A stretch of DNA of 47,392 nucleotides, taken from the NCBI GenBank assembly GCA_964522305.1, contig CAZFVM010000002.1:1-47392 (forward strand), written 5' to 3'. This document shows, piece after piece, positions 28,736 to 38,470 of the stretch; position 1 is the stretch's first letter; each line of letters opens with the position of its first letter. This DNA is from an uncultured Oscillospiraceae bacterium (GTDB lineage: Bacteria > Bacillota > Clostridia > Oscillospirales > CAG-382). The notes beneath the pieces were generated by a model. That model was not told the origin of the DNA. It searched no databases and saw only the letters and a program-made list of their open reading frames with translations. The translations under genes were made by a program, and so were the position numbers.

Positions 28736-30262
28736 ATGAAAACTACCGTAACACAGATTAAGATTAACCGTTTTGATAGCTATCGCGGGGCGGACGAGAT
28801 TGTTATATTTACCAAAGGGGAGCAAACCGGAACGAACCCCTACGGATTGGAGGCGGTTGTCCAAAGAGGAACAGTGATAAAGACCGGCTCTAACAACAAC
28901 ATAATCCCCGAAGACGGACTTGTCGTTTCCGGACACGGAAAGGGTGCTGACTTTATCCGAAAGAACGTTATTGTTGGCGCCAAGATAGAAATTGACACAG
29001 AGAATTCAAGCCTTTTGGTGTCGGTGGATTCTAAAGCCTTAGAACTTCATTATAAAGCAAAAATTGATGAAATCCAAAAACGAGAAAAAGCATCGGGGGA
29101 GTCTGCCGACATGCTTATGACAAAAGCCCGGGAGGCTTTGGCAAAAAAGGACTATAAAACATTAGATGACTTGCTGGAAGAGGCTTATTACATAACCGCA
29201 TCCGCCAAGGAAGGTGAGATAAGGGGAATTTGGCATCGCCCTCAAGAAAGGAGCCCGCAAGCGATTGACAGTTGTGTAAAACGCTTGGCGGATGCCGGAA
29301 TAAATATTATTCTGATAGAGACCATATTTGAAGGCTATTCGGTAGCCTCTCGCTGCACCTATCTCCCGCTTAGAGATGACCTTAAGGACAAAGACTTTGA
29401 CCTTGTAGACGAATTTATCAAGGCAGGGAAAAAATACGGCGTACAAATTCATGCCTGGATTGAAAACTTCTTTGTGGGTATAAAGAGCAAAAAAGAAGGT
29501 ACATGCGGTTCGCCTATTATAGATGAAAAGCCCCATTGGGCTGCACGCAAAAAGGACGGCACTATATTTATGGATTCCGAGCCGGGATTCATATACCTAA
29601 ACGCTGCTTTACCGGAGGTTAGGGTCTTTTTGCGAGACATGTACAAGACTTTGCTGGATGAATACGAGTTTGACGGTATTCAACTGGACTATATCCGCTA
29701 TCCCCTCTCTCCTGCGGTGGACGAAAGTGTGGGGTTTGATGAATACTCGGTAGCCCAATTCAAAGAAACCACCGGGATTGACATTATGAAAGTAGAGGAT
29801 GTAAACACTCCGGAATGGAAAGCCTTTGTCGACTGGAAAGCTTCTAACATAACCATATATGTAAAGATGATGTATGACCTCATTAACTCCTATAAAGAGG
29901 CAGGCAGAGACCTGGTCTTGTCCATGGCAGTCTTTGGAGACCCGGAAGAAGCCCTCAGACTAAAAAGCCAGGACTGGAGACTGTGGTGTGACAACGGTTG
30001 GTTGGACCAAATTTATCCCATGGCATATCTAAACTATGCGGGGGATGTATATAACGAGATTAAACATATGGTGGACAACTACGGCCACATTCCGAACATC
30101 TCCGGTATAGCACCCATGTTTATGAGATTGCCGGTGATTGAATCCACAAAGCAGGTAGAGGCTTGTCGAGCCGCCGGGGCTGTGGGGGTTTCGTTTTTTG
30201 CTACCGATCATTTCTCGGATTTGCAGATAGAAAAGTTAAAGACCGGCGTCTTTAGAAAATGA
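28736..30262 (+). CDS. Glycoside-hydrolase-like GHL10 (DUF187) family protein with no signal peptide
   Basis: The TIM-barrel-like blocks GIN.I..E, GV.IHAW.E.F, FDGIQLDYIRYP and WL.WIYPMAY are typical of family-10-like DUF187 proteins. The start is set at ATG 28736, because the track start at 28598 is a TTG with no SD. Confidence 0.6.
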   Translation: MKTTVTQIKINRFDSYRGADEIVIFTKGEQTGTNPYGLEAVVQRGTVIKTGSNNNIIPEDGLVVSGHGKGADFIRKNVIVGAKIEIDTENSSLLVSVDSKALELHYKAKIDEIQKREKASGESADMLMTKAREALAKKDYKTLDDLLEEAYYITASAKEGEIRGIWHRPQERSPQAIDSCVKRLADAGINIILIETIFEGYSVASRCTYLPLRDDLKDKDFDLVDEFIKAGKKYGVQIHAWIENFFVGIKSKKEGTCGSPIIDEKPHWAARKKDGTIFMDSEPGFIYLNAALPEVRVFLRDMYKTLLDEYEFDGIQLDYIRYPLSPAVDESVGFDEYSVAQFKETTGIDIMKVEDVNTPEWKAFVDWKASNITIYVKMMYDLINSYKEAGRDLVLSMAVFGDPEEALRLKSQDWRLWCDNGWLDQIYPMAYLNYAGDVYNEIKHMVDNYGHIPNISGIAPMFMRLPVIESTKQVEACRAAGAVGVSFFATDHFSDLQIEKLKTGVFRK

Positions 30263-30924
30263 TTCTCGGAAACCGACTAAAAGCGGTAGTAGAGGCAATC
30301 GGGGAATGCAAATGTATTGCAGATATCGGGAGCGACCATGCAAAGGTAGGCTTGACCTTGTTGTCCCGGGGCAAAGCCCGCCGAGCCATCGCGTCGGATA
30401 TAAGGCAGGGACCCTTAAATCGGGGCATGGCAAATGCCAAAAGACTGGGTATAAAGGACATTGACTTTGTCCTGTCCGATGGGTTCGAAAACCTTAACCC
30501 CCGAGATTATGACTGCGCTGCACTTTGCGGAATGGGTGGACTTCTGATTACCAATATTCTCAGAGATGCCGGAGCAAAAGCCCATTGCCCTTTGGTCTTA
30601 CAGCCTATGACAGCCTATGAAAAGCTGCGCAAATATCTGTGGGATAACGGGTTTGAAATCAAAGTCGAAACCTTTGTGACCGAGTCGGACAAAGCTTATG
30701 TCATAATCAGTAGCCTGTATACAGGTATTAGTGAGACATATTCTTATACCGATCTTTATCTGGGTAAGATCAGACCTTTTACTCCGGAGTTTGCCGCTTT
30801 TTGCAAAAAAGTCTTAATCAACGGAGAAAAAAGATTGAAAGGGGCTCTTCACAAGGGGTTACCCCACGGCGACTTAGATGCCCTTTTAGATGAATGTAAT
30901 AGTGTGTTAGAAAAGCAAGCCTGA
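30259..30924 (+). CDS. trmK: tRNA (adenine22-N1)-methyltransferase TrmK
   Basis: 221 aa. L..RL.AV...I......ADIGSDHA.....L...G.A..AIA.D...GPL is the TrmK/YqfN N-terminal signature. It overlaps the previous gene through ATGA. Confidence 0.8.
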   Translation: MILGNRLKAVVEAIGECKCIADIGSDHAKVGLTLLSRGKARRAIASDIRQGPLNRGMANAKRLGIKDIDFVLSDGFENLNPRDYDCAALCGMGGLLITNILRDAGAKAHCPLVLQPMTAYEKLRKYLWDNGFEIKVETFVTESDKAYVIISSLYTGISETYSYTDLYLGKIRPFTPEFAAFCKKVLINGEKRLKGALHKGLPHGDLDALLDECNSVLEKQA

Positions 30925-31022
30925 CAATATTATTCTCAATATAAACATCAAAAGTACTGTAGTAAAAGCGAGCCTTTGACAACAAGCTTTTTCAAAACAA
31001 GCAACTCTATAATGATATAAAT

Positions 31023-31066
31023 GCCCTTGAATTCCGCAGATAAAAGCTGCTTTCAAGGGCGTTTTT
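31023..31066 (+). terminator. Rho-independent terminator after trmK
   Basis: GCCCUUGAA (31023-31031) pairs with UUCAAGGGC (31052-31060), followed by GUUUUU. Confidence 0.7.
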
Positions 31067-31169
31067 GCGCAATATTTTTTATGTGAGCTGTTTTGGTACA
31101 GCTCCTTTATCTTTGATGCCTCGGATTGATGGGCGTATTTCTTGTAATAAGCCGGATTTGGGTCAAAGG

Positions 31170-31601
31170 TTACATCTTATACACCTTATCTTCCGACAAG
31201 ACCTCCAACCCGCTTTCGGCGAGGGCTGCCGAGGCTAAGGCTGTGTCCTTGGGTCTAAGTATCAAGTAGGCACGATCCGCATCCCGAGATACAAAGGCGT
31301 ACATATACTCAATGCTTATCTCCTTCTCGGAAAAGACCTTCATGGCATTGGCGAACCCGCCGGGTCTGTCCGGTATCCCTATGGCTATCACATTGGTCAA
31401 CGAAACGGTCAACCCTGATTCTTTCAAGGTTTGTTCCGCCTTTATGGGGTTGTCGACAACTATGCGAAGGATTCCAAAGTCGGTTGTGTCTGCAATGGAG
31501 AGGGCGCGGATATCTATTCCCGCCTTTGCGATTATTGAGGTTATTTCTGCCAGCCTGCCCGGCTTGTTTTCTACAAAAACTGATAATTGCTTGATGAACA
31601 T
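31170..31601 (-). CDS. ACT-domain (amino-acid-binding) protein
   Basis: 143 aa with two ACT repeats (L.V.V.N.PG.LA.I......GI.I.A). This protein type commonly accompanies paaK/ior clusters. Confidence 0.75.
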   Translation of the reverse strand: MFIKQLSVFVENKPGRLAEITSIIAKAGIDIRALSIADTTDFGILRIVVDNPIKAEQTLKESGLTVSLTNVIAIGIPDRPGGFANAMKVFSEKEISIEYMYAFVSRDADRAYLILRPKDTALASAALAESGLEVLSEDKVYKM

Positions 31602-31689
31602 ACTCTGCCTCCTATGTTTTTTAAGGGATGCCTATCGATAGTCTATTTCTTTTGTTACAATCTGACACACAAAAAATTACCGATGTGCG

Positions 31690-32988
31690 TTAGTTTTGTC
31701 TCTTGTCCAAGACCCGCTTTGCTTTGCCTTCGGAACGGGGCAGACTGCCGGGCTCCATCAGCTTTATAGTGGCGTTGATGTTGAGAGCACTCTGGAAGGT
31801 GCCTTCCAGACGTTTTTTTGTGCTTTCCAGCCCTGCCACGGTATCCGAGAACATATCCTCCGTCATCTCCACCTGTACTTCCATTATGTCAAGATTATTC
31901 TTTCTGTCAACCACAATAAAGTAGTTAGGTGCAAGCCCCAGCTCCAATAACACATGTTCTACCTGGGAAGGGAAAATATTGACTCCACGGATAATCAGCA
32001 TGTCATCACTTCTGCCCCTGGGTTTTGTCATCCTCAATGTCGTGCGTCCACAGGAACAGGGCTGTGTGATGAGGGCGCAGATATCCCTGGTCCGATATCT
32101 GATAAGGGGCAAGGCTTCTTTGCCTATACAGGTAAACACCAACTCTCCGTATTCTCCGTCCTCCAAGACCTCTCCCGTATCCGGGTCGATTATCTCGGGG
32201 AAGAAATAATCTTCGTTGATATGCATTCCGTTTTGTTCTTCGCAGTCAAAGGAAACCCCGGGTCCGGCTATTTCGGACAATCCGTATATATCATATGCCT
32301 TGATATCCAAAAGCTTTTCTATTTCTTTACGCATGTTCTCGGTCCAGGGTTCTGCTCCTAATATGCCCGCTCTAAGCTTCAGGCTCTTTGGGTCAACCCC
32401 CATATCCCTCAAAGTTTCGCCGATGAACATGGCGTAAGAAGGGGTGCAACAAATAATATCAGACTCAAAATCCTGTAACAGTTGGATTTGACGCCTGGTG
32501 TTGCCGGAGGAAACAGGGAGCGCCGTTGCTCCCAAATGCTCTGCGCCGTAATGCATCCCCAATCCTCCGGTAAAGAGCCCATAACCATAGGAGATGTGAA
32601 TCATGTCGTCCTTAGTACCTCCGGCACCGACTATTGATCTGGCGGCACATTCCGCCCAGATTTCTATGTCGTGCTGGGTGTAACCCACCACCGTGGGTTT
32701 GCCTGTGGTCCCCGAAGAAGCATGTACCCGGACCAGCTCATCCATGGGTACCGCAAACATACCAAAGGGATAATTGTCCCTAAGGTCGTCCTTGGTGGTA
32801 AAGGGCAGTTTTTTTAAATCATCTATCCCGGTTATATCCGAGGGTTTTATCCCTGCCTTGTCCAGCAGTTGTTTGTAAAAAGGCACGTTGTTGTATGCCC
32901 TTTCCACCATCTTGATAAGGCGCTGGGACTCCACCGCCTTTATATAACTGCGGGTTGCGCATTCGATTTCCGGTCTGTATACAGCCAT
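31690..32988 (-). CDS. paaK: Phenylacetate-CoA ligase family protein (copy 2)
   Basis: It has SSGTTGKPTVVGYT (AMP-binding), YGLSE and RGVNIFPSQVE. The start is set at MAVYRPEIE, which has AGGAG 7 nt upstream. The track start at 33015 would overlap iorB. Confidence 0.85.
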   Translation of the reverse strand: MAVYRPEIECATRSYIKAVESQRLIKMVERAYNNVPFYKQLLDKAGIKPSDITGIDDLKKLPFTTKDDLRDNYPFGMFAVPMDELVRVHASSGTTGKPTVVGYTQHDIEIWAECAARSIVGAGGTKDDMIHISYGYGLFTGGLGMHYGAEHLGATALPVSSGNTRRQIQLLQDFESDIICCTPSYAMFIGETLRDMGVDPKSLKLRAGILGAEPWTENMRKEIEKLLDIKAYDIYGLSEIAGPGVSFDCEEQNGMHINEDYFFPEIIDPDTGEVLEDGEYGELVFTCIGKEALPLIRYRTRDICALITQPCSCGRTTLRMTKPRGRSDDMLIIRGVNIFPSQVEHVLLELGLAPNYFIVVDRKNNLDIMEVQVEMTEDMFSDTVAGLESTKKRLEGTFQSALNINATIKLMEPGSLPRSEGKAKRVLDKRQN

Positions 32989-33004
32989 ATAAGAACTCCT
33001 ATTA

Positions 33005-33595
33005 TTATATATCACACTGCAGTTCGCAGCCTAACAAAAATGCGTCCTTGTTAACCCCTACGGTCTTCGGAGGGACCGTACAGGAGATTACATCAAGCCA
33101 TGTGTTTATATCAAAATTAAGCTCGGTGGCGACCGCTCCGAGTAAAACCACATTGGCAGCCCGGATATTGCCACATCTTTCGGCAAGTTCAGAGGCGTCT
33201 GCGACTATTGTCCTGATCCCCATAGCTTTAATGGTTTCGATTATATCCACCGGGTATTCCGCGCTCCCCGTTATCACCGGCATGGGGTTAATGGTCTGGG
33301 TGTTTATAATCATGGTTCCCCCTTCTTTGAGGTAGGGAAGCCATCTTGCAGCTTCGAGTTGTTCGAAGGCAATTATTAAATCGGCACCGCCTTTGTCGAT
33401 AACCGGGGAAAATACTTGCTTACCGTATCTGACATAAGTGACCACCGAGCCGCCTCGCTGGCTCATACCGTGGACCTCGCTGACTTTTACATCATAGCCC
33501 TCTTTTATAAAATATCTGCCAAGCAGGTTGGAGGCGAGCAATGTGCCTTGCCCCCCTACCCCGGCGATTAAAATGCTCTTTGTGTTGTTTTCCAT
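33005..33595 (-). CDS. iorB: Indolepyruvate:ferredoxin oxidoreductase subunit beta
   Basis: 196 aa, with GVGGQGTLLAS and GMSQRGGSV typical of the gamma-type domain of 2-oxoacid:ferredoxin oxidoreductases. It follows iorA. Confidence 0.85.
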   Translation of the reverse strand: MENNTKSILIAGVGGQGTLLASNLLGRYFIKEGYDVKVSEVHGMSQRGGSVVTYVRYGKQVFSPVIDKGGADLIIAFEQLEAARWLPYLKEGGTMIINTQTINPMPVITGSAEYPVDIIETIKAMGIRTIVADASELAERCGNIRAANVVLLGAVATELNFDINTWLDVISCTVPPKTVGVNKDAFLLGCELQCDI

Positions 33596-33599
33596 ATCG

Positions 33600-35372
33600 T
33601 CAGTCCCCTATTCTCTTAATAGCGTCAAATCTACAGGGATCCATACAAACCTCACAGCCCACACAGGTAGTAGGGTCTATATATGCCTTTGCTTTGCCCT
33701 CCGGGGTCTTCACCATCATTATAGAGGGACAGCCGACCCGAATGCAAGCCTTACATCCGGTGCATGCCTCGTTATCCACATATAGCGCCGGCGGATGTTT
33801 TACCGTCTTTAGCAAAGCACAGGGGCGTCGAGCTATGATAACCGAAGTCTCCTCCGCCTCCAGCTCCTCTGCCACCACCTTTTTTGTTTCTTCTATATCC
33901 AAGGGGTCTATAACCCTGACCCTGTTGACTCCTATGGCTTTTACCAATGCCTCCAAGTCAACTACATTGGCGGGTTCACCCTTGAGGTTTAGCCCGTTGG
34001 TCGGGTTGTTTTGGTGCCCGGTCATCCCCGTAGTAGAGTTGTCCAATATAATAACCGTGGCTATACCTTTGTTATAAGTGATATCTATCAGTCCGGTTAT
34101 TCCGGAATGTATGAAGGTGGAATCCCCGATAACCGCAATGGACTTTTTGGCTTTTTGTGTACCTAACGCCAGATTGTATCCATGGAGACCGCTGACCGAA
34201 GCCCCCATACAAACACAGGTGTCCATCATGGATAAAGGAGCTTGTGCTCCCAAGGTATAACACCCGATATCCCCGCTGACAAACAACCTCATGGTTCTTA
34301 GCGCGTGGAAAAGTCCTCTGTGGGGACAGCCGGGACAAAGCACCGGGGGACGCGGTGGCACCGGCTGAGAAAACGTTGCAACCTCTGACTTTGTTCCAAG
34401 TGTTTTTTCTGCCACCAGGCTTTGGGAAAACTCCCCCAAAAACCCGAAAAGCTCTTTACCGATTACTTCAACCCCAATCCTTGTACAATGGGTCTGTATT
34501 ATATCATCTAACTCTTCTATAACATATAGCTTTTTTACTTTTTTTGCAAAGGATTTTATCGCTTCTACCGGTAAGGGGTTTACAATCCCCAACTTGAGAT
34601 AACTTGCCTTATCTCCCAACGCTTCCCTCGCATAGACATAGGTGGAACCGGCAACAATAACTCCTATCTCGGGGTCTAAAAAAATCTCTTTGTTTATCCC
34701 CAAATCAAACGCCTTTGTATCCGCCCACAGGGTCAAATCCTTTGTCCGTTGTTCTACCTTTGCGTGTGCCGCCCTCGCCATGGCGGGCATCATTACGTTC
34801 TTTCCCACATTTTTGACGTAAGGGTTGAGGGGCTTGTCCTCTCTGTCGGTCAAGGTCACCAAGGACATAGAGTGGGAGATCCTGGTAGACAACCTAAGCA
34901 AAATCGGGGTGTCGTACTCTTCGCTCAAATCATAGGCAAGTTTTGTAAAGTCAAGACACTCCTGAGAGTCAGAGGGCTCAAGCATTGGTACCTTAGCGGC
35001 GATTGCGTGATGCCTTGAATCCTGCTCGTTCTGGGAGGAGTGCATCCCCGGATCGTCCGCCACTACACAAACCATCCCTGCGTTGACCCCGATATATGAA
35101 GCGGTATATAAAGGATCAGCCGCTACATTCAGCCCCACATGCTTCATGGCAGCAAAGCTTCTTGCTCCTGCGGTGGCAGCGCCGAAGGCTACCTCAAACG
35201 CCACTTTCTCGTTAGGAGCCCATTCGGAATAAATCTCGTCATATTTGCTTATTTCTTCTGTTATCTCGGTGCTGGGTGTGCCGGGATAAGAGGATACTAC
35301 CTTAACTCCCGCTTCGTATACTCCCCTTGCCACTGCAGCGTTTCCCAACAACAACACTTTTTCTTTTTCCAT
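33600..35372 (-). CDS. iorA: Indolepyruvate:ferredoxin oxidoreductase subunit alpha
   Basis: 590 aa. It has the TPP-binding GDIGCY...GDSTF.HSG block and a C-terminal 2x[4Fe-4S] motif (CTGCKAC...C and CVGCEVC...C). Confidence 0.88.
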   Translation of the reverse strand: MEKEKVLLLGNAAVARGVYEAGVKVVSSYPGTPSTEITEEISKYDEIYSEWAPNEKVAFEVAFGAATAGARSFAAMKHVGLNVAADPLYTASYIGVNAGMVCVVADDPGMHSSQNEQDSRHHAIAAKVPMLEPSDSQECLDFTKLAYDLSEEYDTPILLRLSTRISHSMSLVTLTDREDKPLNPYVKNVGKNVMMPAMARAAHAKVEQRTKDLTLWADTKAFDLGINKEIFLDPEIGVIVAGSTYVYAREALGDKASYLKLGIVNPLPVEAIKSFAKKVKKLYVIEELDDIIQTHCTRIGVEVIGKELFGFLGEFSQSLVAEKTLGTKSEVATFSQPVPPRPPVLCPGCPHRGLFHALRTMRLFVSGDIGCYTLGAQAPLSMMDTCVCMGASVSGLHGYNLALGTQKAKKSIAVIGDSTFIHSGITGLIDITYNKGIATVIILDNSTTGMTGHQNNPTNGLNLKGEPANVVDLEALVKAIGVNRVRVIDPLDIEETKKVVAEELEAEETSVIIARRPCALLKTVKHPPALYVDNEACTGCKACIRVGCPSIMMVKTPEGKAKAYIDPTTCVGCEVCMDPCRFDAIKRIGD

Positions 35373-35390
35373 TTATATACCGCCTGTTTA

Positions 35391-36710
35391 TTATTGATTT
35401 CTCAGGTCAACGACCCGCTTTGCCTTACCGGTAAATCTTTCTATGCTACCCGGCTCAACCAAGGATACCTTTGTTGCGATACCCAATATACTCTTTATCT
35501 TCTCTTGGATTCTGTGTTGCAGGTCCTCTAACTCCCCGTACTTATCCAGTAAAGACCCGTCGATTAGCTCTACCCTTACCTCCAAAGTATCTGCATAATT
35601 CACTCTTCTTACCACCAATTGATAATGGGGGGATATCTCGGTAAATCCTATTATTGCACTCTCGACCTGGGAAGGGAACACATTAACTCCTCTGATCTTG
35701 AGCATGTCATCGCTTCTGCCGATGACTTTGTGCATCCTTGCAAAGGTTCTGCCACATTTGCAGGGTTCGTAATTTATATTAGTGATATCCTTAGTACGGT
35801 ACCTTATCATAGGTATGCCCCGCTTGGTTAAGGCGGTGACAACCATCTCTCCGGTCTCTCCTTTGTCTAAGACAGTACCGGTGGTAGAATCGATAATCTC
35901 ACATAGATAATGGTCTTCGTTGATATGCAAGCCATCTCGATACATGCACTCCCCCGACAACCCGGGTCCGTTTAGCTCGCTCATTCCGTAGTTGTCTGTG
36001 GCAAAAAAGTCGTTACCCCAGCTGTTTTCGATCTGGGTCCTCATCTCGGGGGTGCAACCTTCGCTTCCTAGCAGTCCAAGCTTTAATGAATAACTCTCTA
36101 CGGGAAACTCCGATTGCATCTTCTTTGCCGACTCGGCTAAATAAAGGGCATAAGACGGGGTGGCAACGATGGTGTCAGTCCCAAAATCCCGCATTAGCTT
36201 TAGCTGTTTATCTGTGTTGCCCGAAGATATGGGGACAACGCTCGCACCGATTTTTTCCAACCCGTAGTGCAAGCCCAGAGCTCCCGTAAACAACCCGTAG
36301 CCAAAACATATCTGCACAATACTGTCCTCGGTGGCGCCTACCGCATAACAAAGTCTCGCTACCTGCTCGCTCCAATGGTCTAAGTCCTCTCTGGTGTACC
36401 CCACAACCGTTGGGTTGCCGGTGGTGCCGGAGGAAGCGTGGATCCTTACAATATCTCTTTGGGGGACTCCGAAGAGCCCGAAGGGATAGTTGTCCCTAAG
36501 GTCTTCCTTTGTTGTAAAAGGTATATATTCCAAATCCGAAAGAGTCTTTATTTTTTCTGCCGTTATCCCCGCTGCTTTAAATCTTTTGTGATAAAACTCC
36601 ACGTTTTTGTCACAAAAATCAATCAGGGACTTTAGTCGCTCCAGCTGAAGAGATTCCAGCTGCCCCCTTGCCATACACTCCATCTCGGGGGAAAAGATAT
36701 GTTGATTCAT
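35391..36710 (-). CDS. paaK: Phenylacetate-CoA ligase family protein (copy 1)
   Basis: 439 aa, with SSGTTGNPTVVGYT, YGMSE and RGVNVFPSQVE. It is a paralog of 31690-32988. Confidence 0.85.
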   Translation of the reverse strand: MNQHIFSPEMECMARGQLESLQLERLKSLIDFCDKNVEFYHKRFKAAGITAEKIKTLSDLEYIPFTTKEDLRDNYPFGLFGVPQRDIVRIHASSGTTGNPTVVGYTREDLDHWSEQVARLCYAVGATEDSIVQICFGYGLFTGALGLHYGLEKIGASVVPISSGNTDKQLKLMRDFGTDTIVATPSYALYLAESAKKMQSEFPVESYSLKLGLLGSEGCTPEMRTQIENSWGNDFFATDNYGMSELNGPGLSGECMYRDGLHINEDHYLCEIIDSTTGTVLDKGETGEMVVTALTKRGIPMIRYRTKDITNINYEPCKCGRTFARMHKVIGRSDDMLKIRGVNVFPSQVESAIIGFTEISPHYQLVVRRVNYADTLEVRVELIDGSLLDKYGELEDLQHRIQEKIKSILGIATKVSLVEPGSIERFTGKAKRVVDLRNQ

Positions 36711-36763
36711 TCAAAACCTCGTCTCTTGTCTTTATCCTAACCGCTATACACGGGTCTCGTTAT

Positions 36764-38263
36764 TTAAACAGCCTTTATTTCTTCTTCCTCCGGGTTTGGG
36801 CTTATAAAGGTAACCGCTAATGTCAAAACCAGGGAAACTATCATCGCCAAACAAGCAAAATGAGCACCCAGCCCTGCAACCGGTCCAAACTCTCCTAAGC
36901 TCCAGGACACACCTGTTAGCTTGGCAATAAGGGGTGGAGATGCGGTAACAAAACCGCCTAACATGCCTGTCCAAGCGGCAGCGGTGCTAACTTTCTTTGA
37001 ATACAACCCCACCATGTACGGAGCCAAAAAGCTTCCGGAGATTATCCCCCAGGAGTAGCTCATCATGTCTAAGATAGGGGTCTGAGAATTGGCAATGAAA
37101 TAGGACAACGCCACAAAAACAAGACAAAATATCTTTGTCAACGGTGCGATATTATAGTCTTTTTTCTTTATGATTCTATCCTGCACCAGGTCCATTGAAA
37201 GGGTGGAGGACGCAGTAATGGTAAGAGAAGACAGGGTGGAAACCGATGCTGCTATCAAAAGCACAAAGACCACTCCCAACAATATATCGGATAAGTCAGA
37301 CTTAGATAGTATGTTGGGAATAAGATAATCAGGATCGGAGCCAAGTTCGCTCGCAAAGGTCTCTGAGTTGTAAAAAAGTCTGGACAAGGAACCGATAAAA
37401 TAACCTCCCACCGCTACCACAAAGGCAAAGACCGTAGAGATTATTGTCCCTCGCTTTACTTCCTTATCGTCCTTAATACCATAATATTTATGAATCATCT
37501 GGGGCAAACCCCAGGTACCGAAAGAAGTCATCATTACCAGAGCTCCCAGACCGATAACGCTTACGGTGGATAAGTTGAGTTCTTGAGCCATCCCTTCGGT
37601 GGTCATTCTTCTAATACCTTCGGTAAAGCCTCCGACCTGGCCTGCCCTTACTACCGAGAAAACCAGGGCGATTACTCCCACCAACATTATAAGGCCTTGG
37701 AAAAAATCCGCCTTAAGTGTGGCGGCGTATCCGCCGGTAATTACGATTATAGCCGACAACGACGCAATGACAACCATAGCGATGGTGGCGTCTACATTTA
37801 GTAAAACAGCACTTATACTTGCCAGACCCTTATATACCGAAGCGGAATAAGGGGTCAAAAATATAAATATCACTATGACCGAGAAGAGCTTCATGGCTTG
37901 GCTGCCATAACGCTTGTGAAAATATTGGGGCATGGATTTAATCTCGTTTGCCCTGGTGTATTCCCTGGTCTTCTTCGCCAATACCACCCACGCCAAAAGA
38001 GCTCCGAACAAAGCGTTCCCCAACCCGGGTAATATTCCCCACAGACCGTACCGCCAACCGGTGCCTCCCGCATAGCCCACAAACATGACCGCCGAGAAAT
38101 ATGCGGTGCCATAGGAAAAAGCTGACATCCAAGCGCCGGCGTTCCTGCCTCCGACCGTAAAGTCGTTAATGTTCTTGGCGCTCTTTCTGTTAAAAAATCC
38201 AATAAAGGTGATTATTCCTATGTAACCCGCTACGGTTATCCATATCACTTGTTCTCTTGTCAT
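36764..38263 (-). CDS. Sodium:solute symporter (SSS) family transporter
   Basis: 499 aa with about 13 TM segments. The N-terminal F..GGR..G.W....S..AT..SA..F.G pattern is typical of the SSF family. Confidence 0.75.
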   Translation of the reverse strand: MTREQVIWITVAGYIGIITFIGFFNRKSAKNINDFTVGGRNAGAWMSAFSYGTAYFSAVMFVGYAGGTGWRYGLWGILPGLGNALFGALLAWVVLAKKTREYTRANEIKSMPQYFHKRYGSQAMKLFSVIVIFIFLTPYSASVYKGLASISAVLLNVDATIAMVVIASLSAIIVITGGYAATLKADFFQGLIMLVGVIALVFSVVRAGQVGGFTEGIRRMTTEGMAQELNLSTVSVIGLGALVMMTSFGTWGLPQMIHKYYGIKDDKEVKRGTIISTVFAFVVAVGGYFIGSLSRLFYNSETFASELGSDPDYLIPNILSKSDLSDILLGVVFVLLIAASVSTLSSLTITASSTLSMDLVQDRIIKKKDYNIAPLTKIFCLVFVALSYFIANSQTPILDMMSYSWGIISGSFLAPYMVGLYSKKVSTAAAWTGMLGGFVTASPPLIAKLTGVSWSLGEFGPVAGLGAHFACLAMIVSLVLTLAVTFISPNPEEEEIKAV

Positions 38264-38427
38264 CGTCTGCTCCTGTATTGTTGTACAACCCTAATAAATG
38301 AAATCATTATACTGTAAAGTTTGTGTTCGGAAACATAAACTGTTTTGCGCTTGGCTATTCCTATTATTATACATAAAAAGAGATTTTAATCAATACATGG
38401 GATTGTAAAAAAGGCTATAATAAAATA

Positions 38428-38447
38428 GGGCGGTAATAATACCGCCC
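38428..38447 (-). terminator. Hairpin terminator after the lipoprotein gene
   Basis: GGGCGGUA - AUAA - UACCGCCC, with T-rich flanks on both strands. Confidence 0.6.
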
Positions 38448-38470
38448 CAGCTTTATTTTGGTAGTTGATG

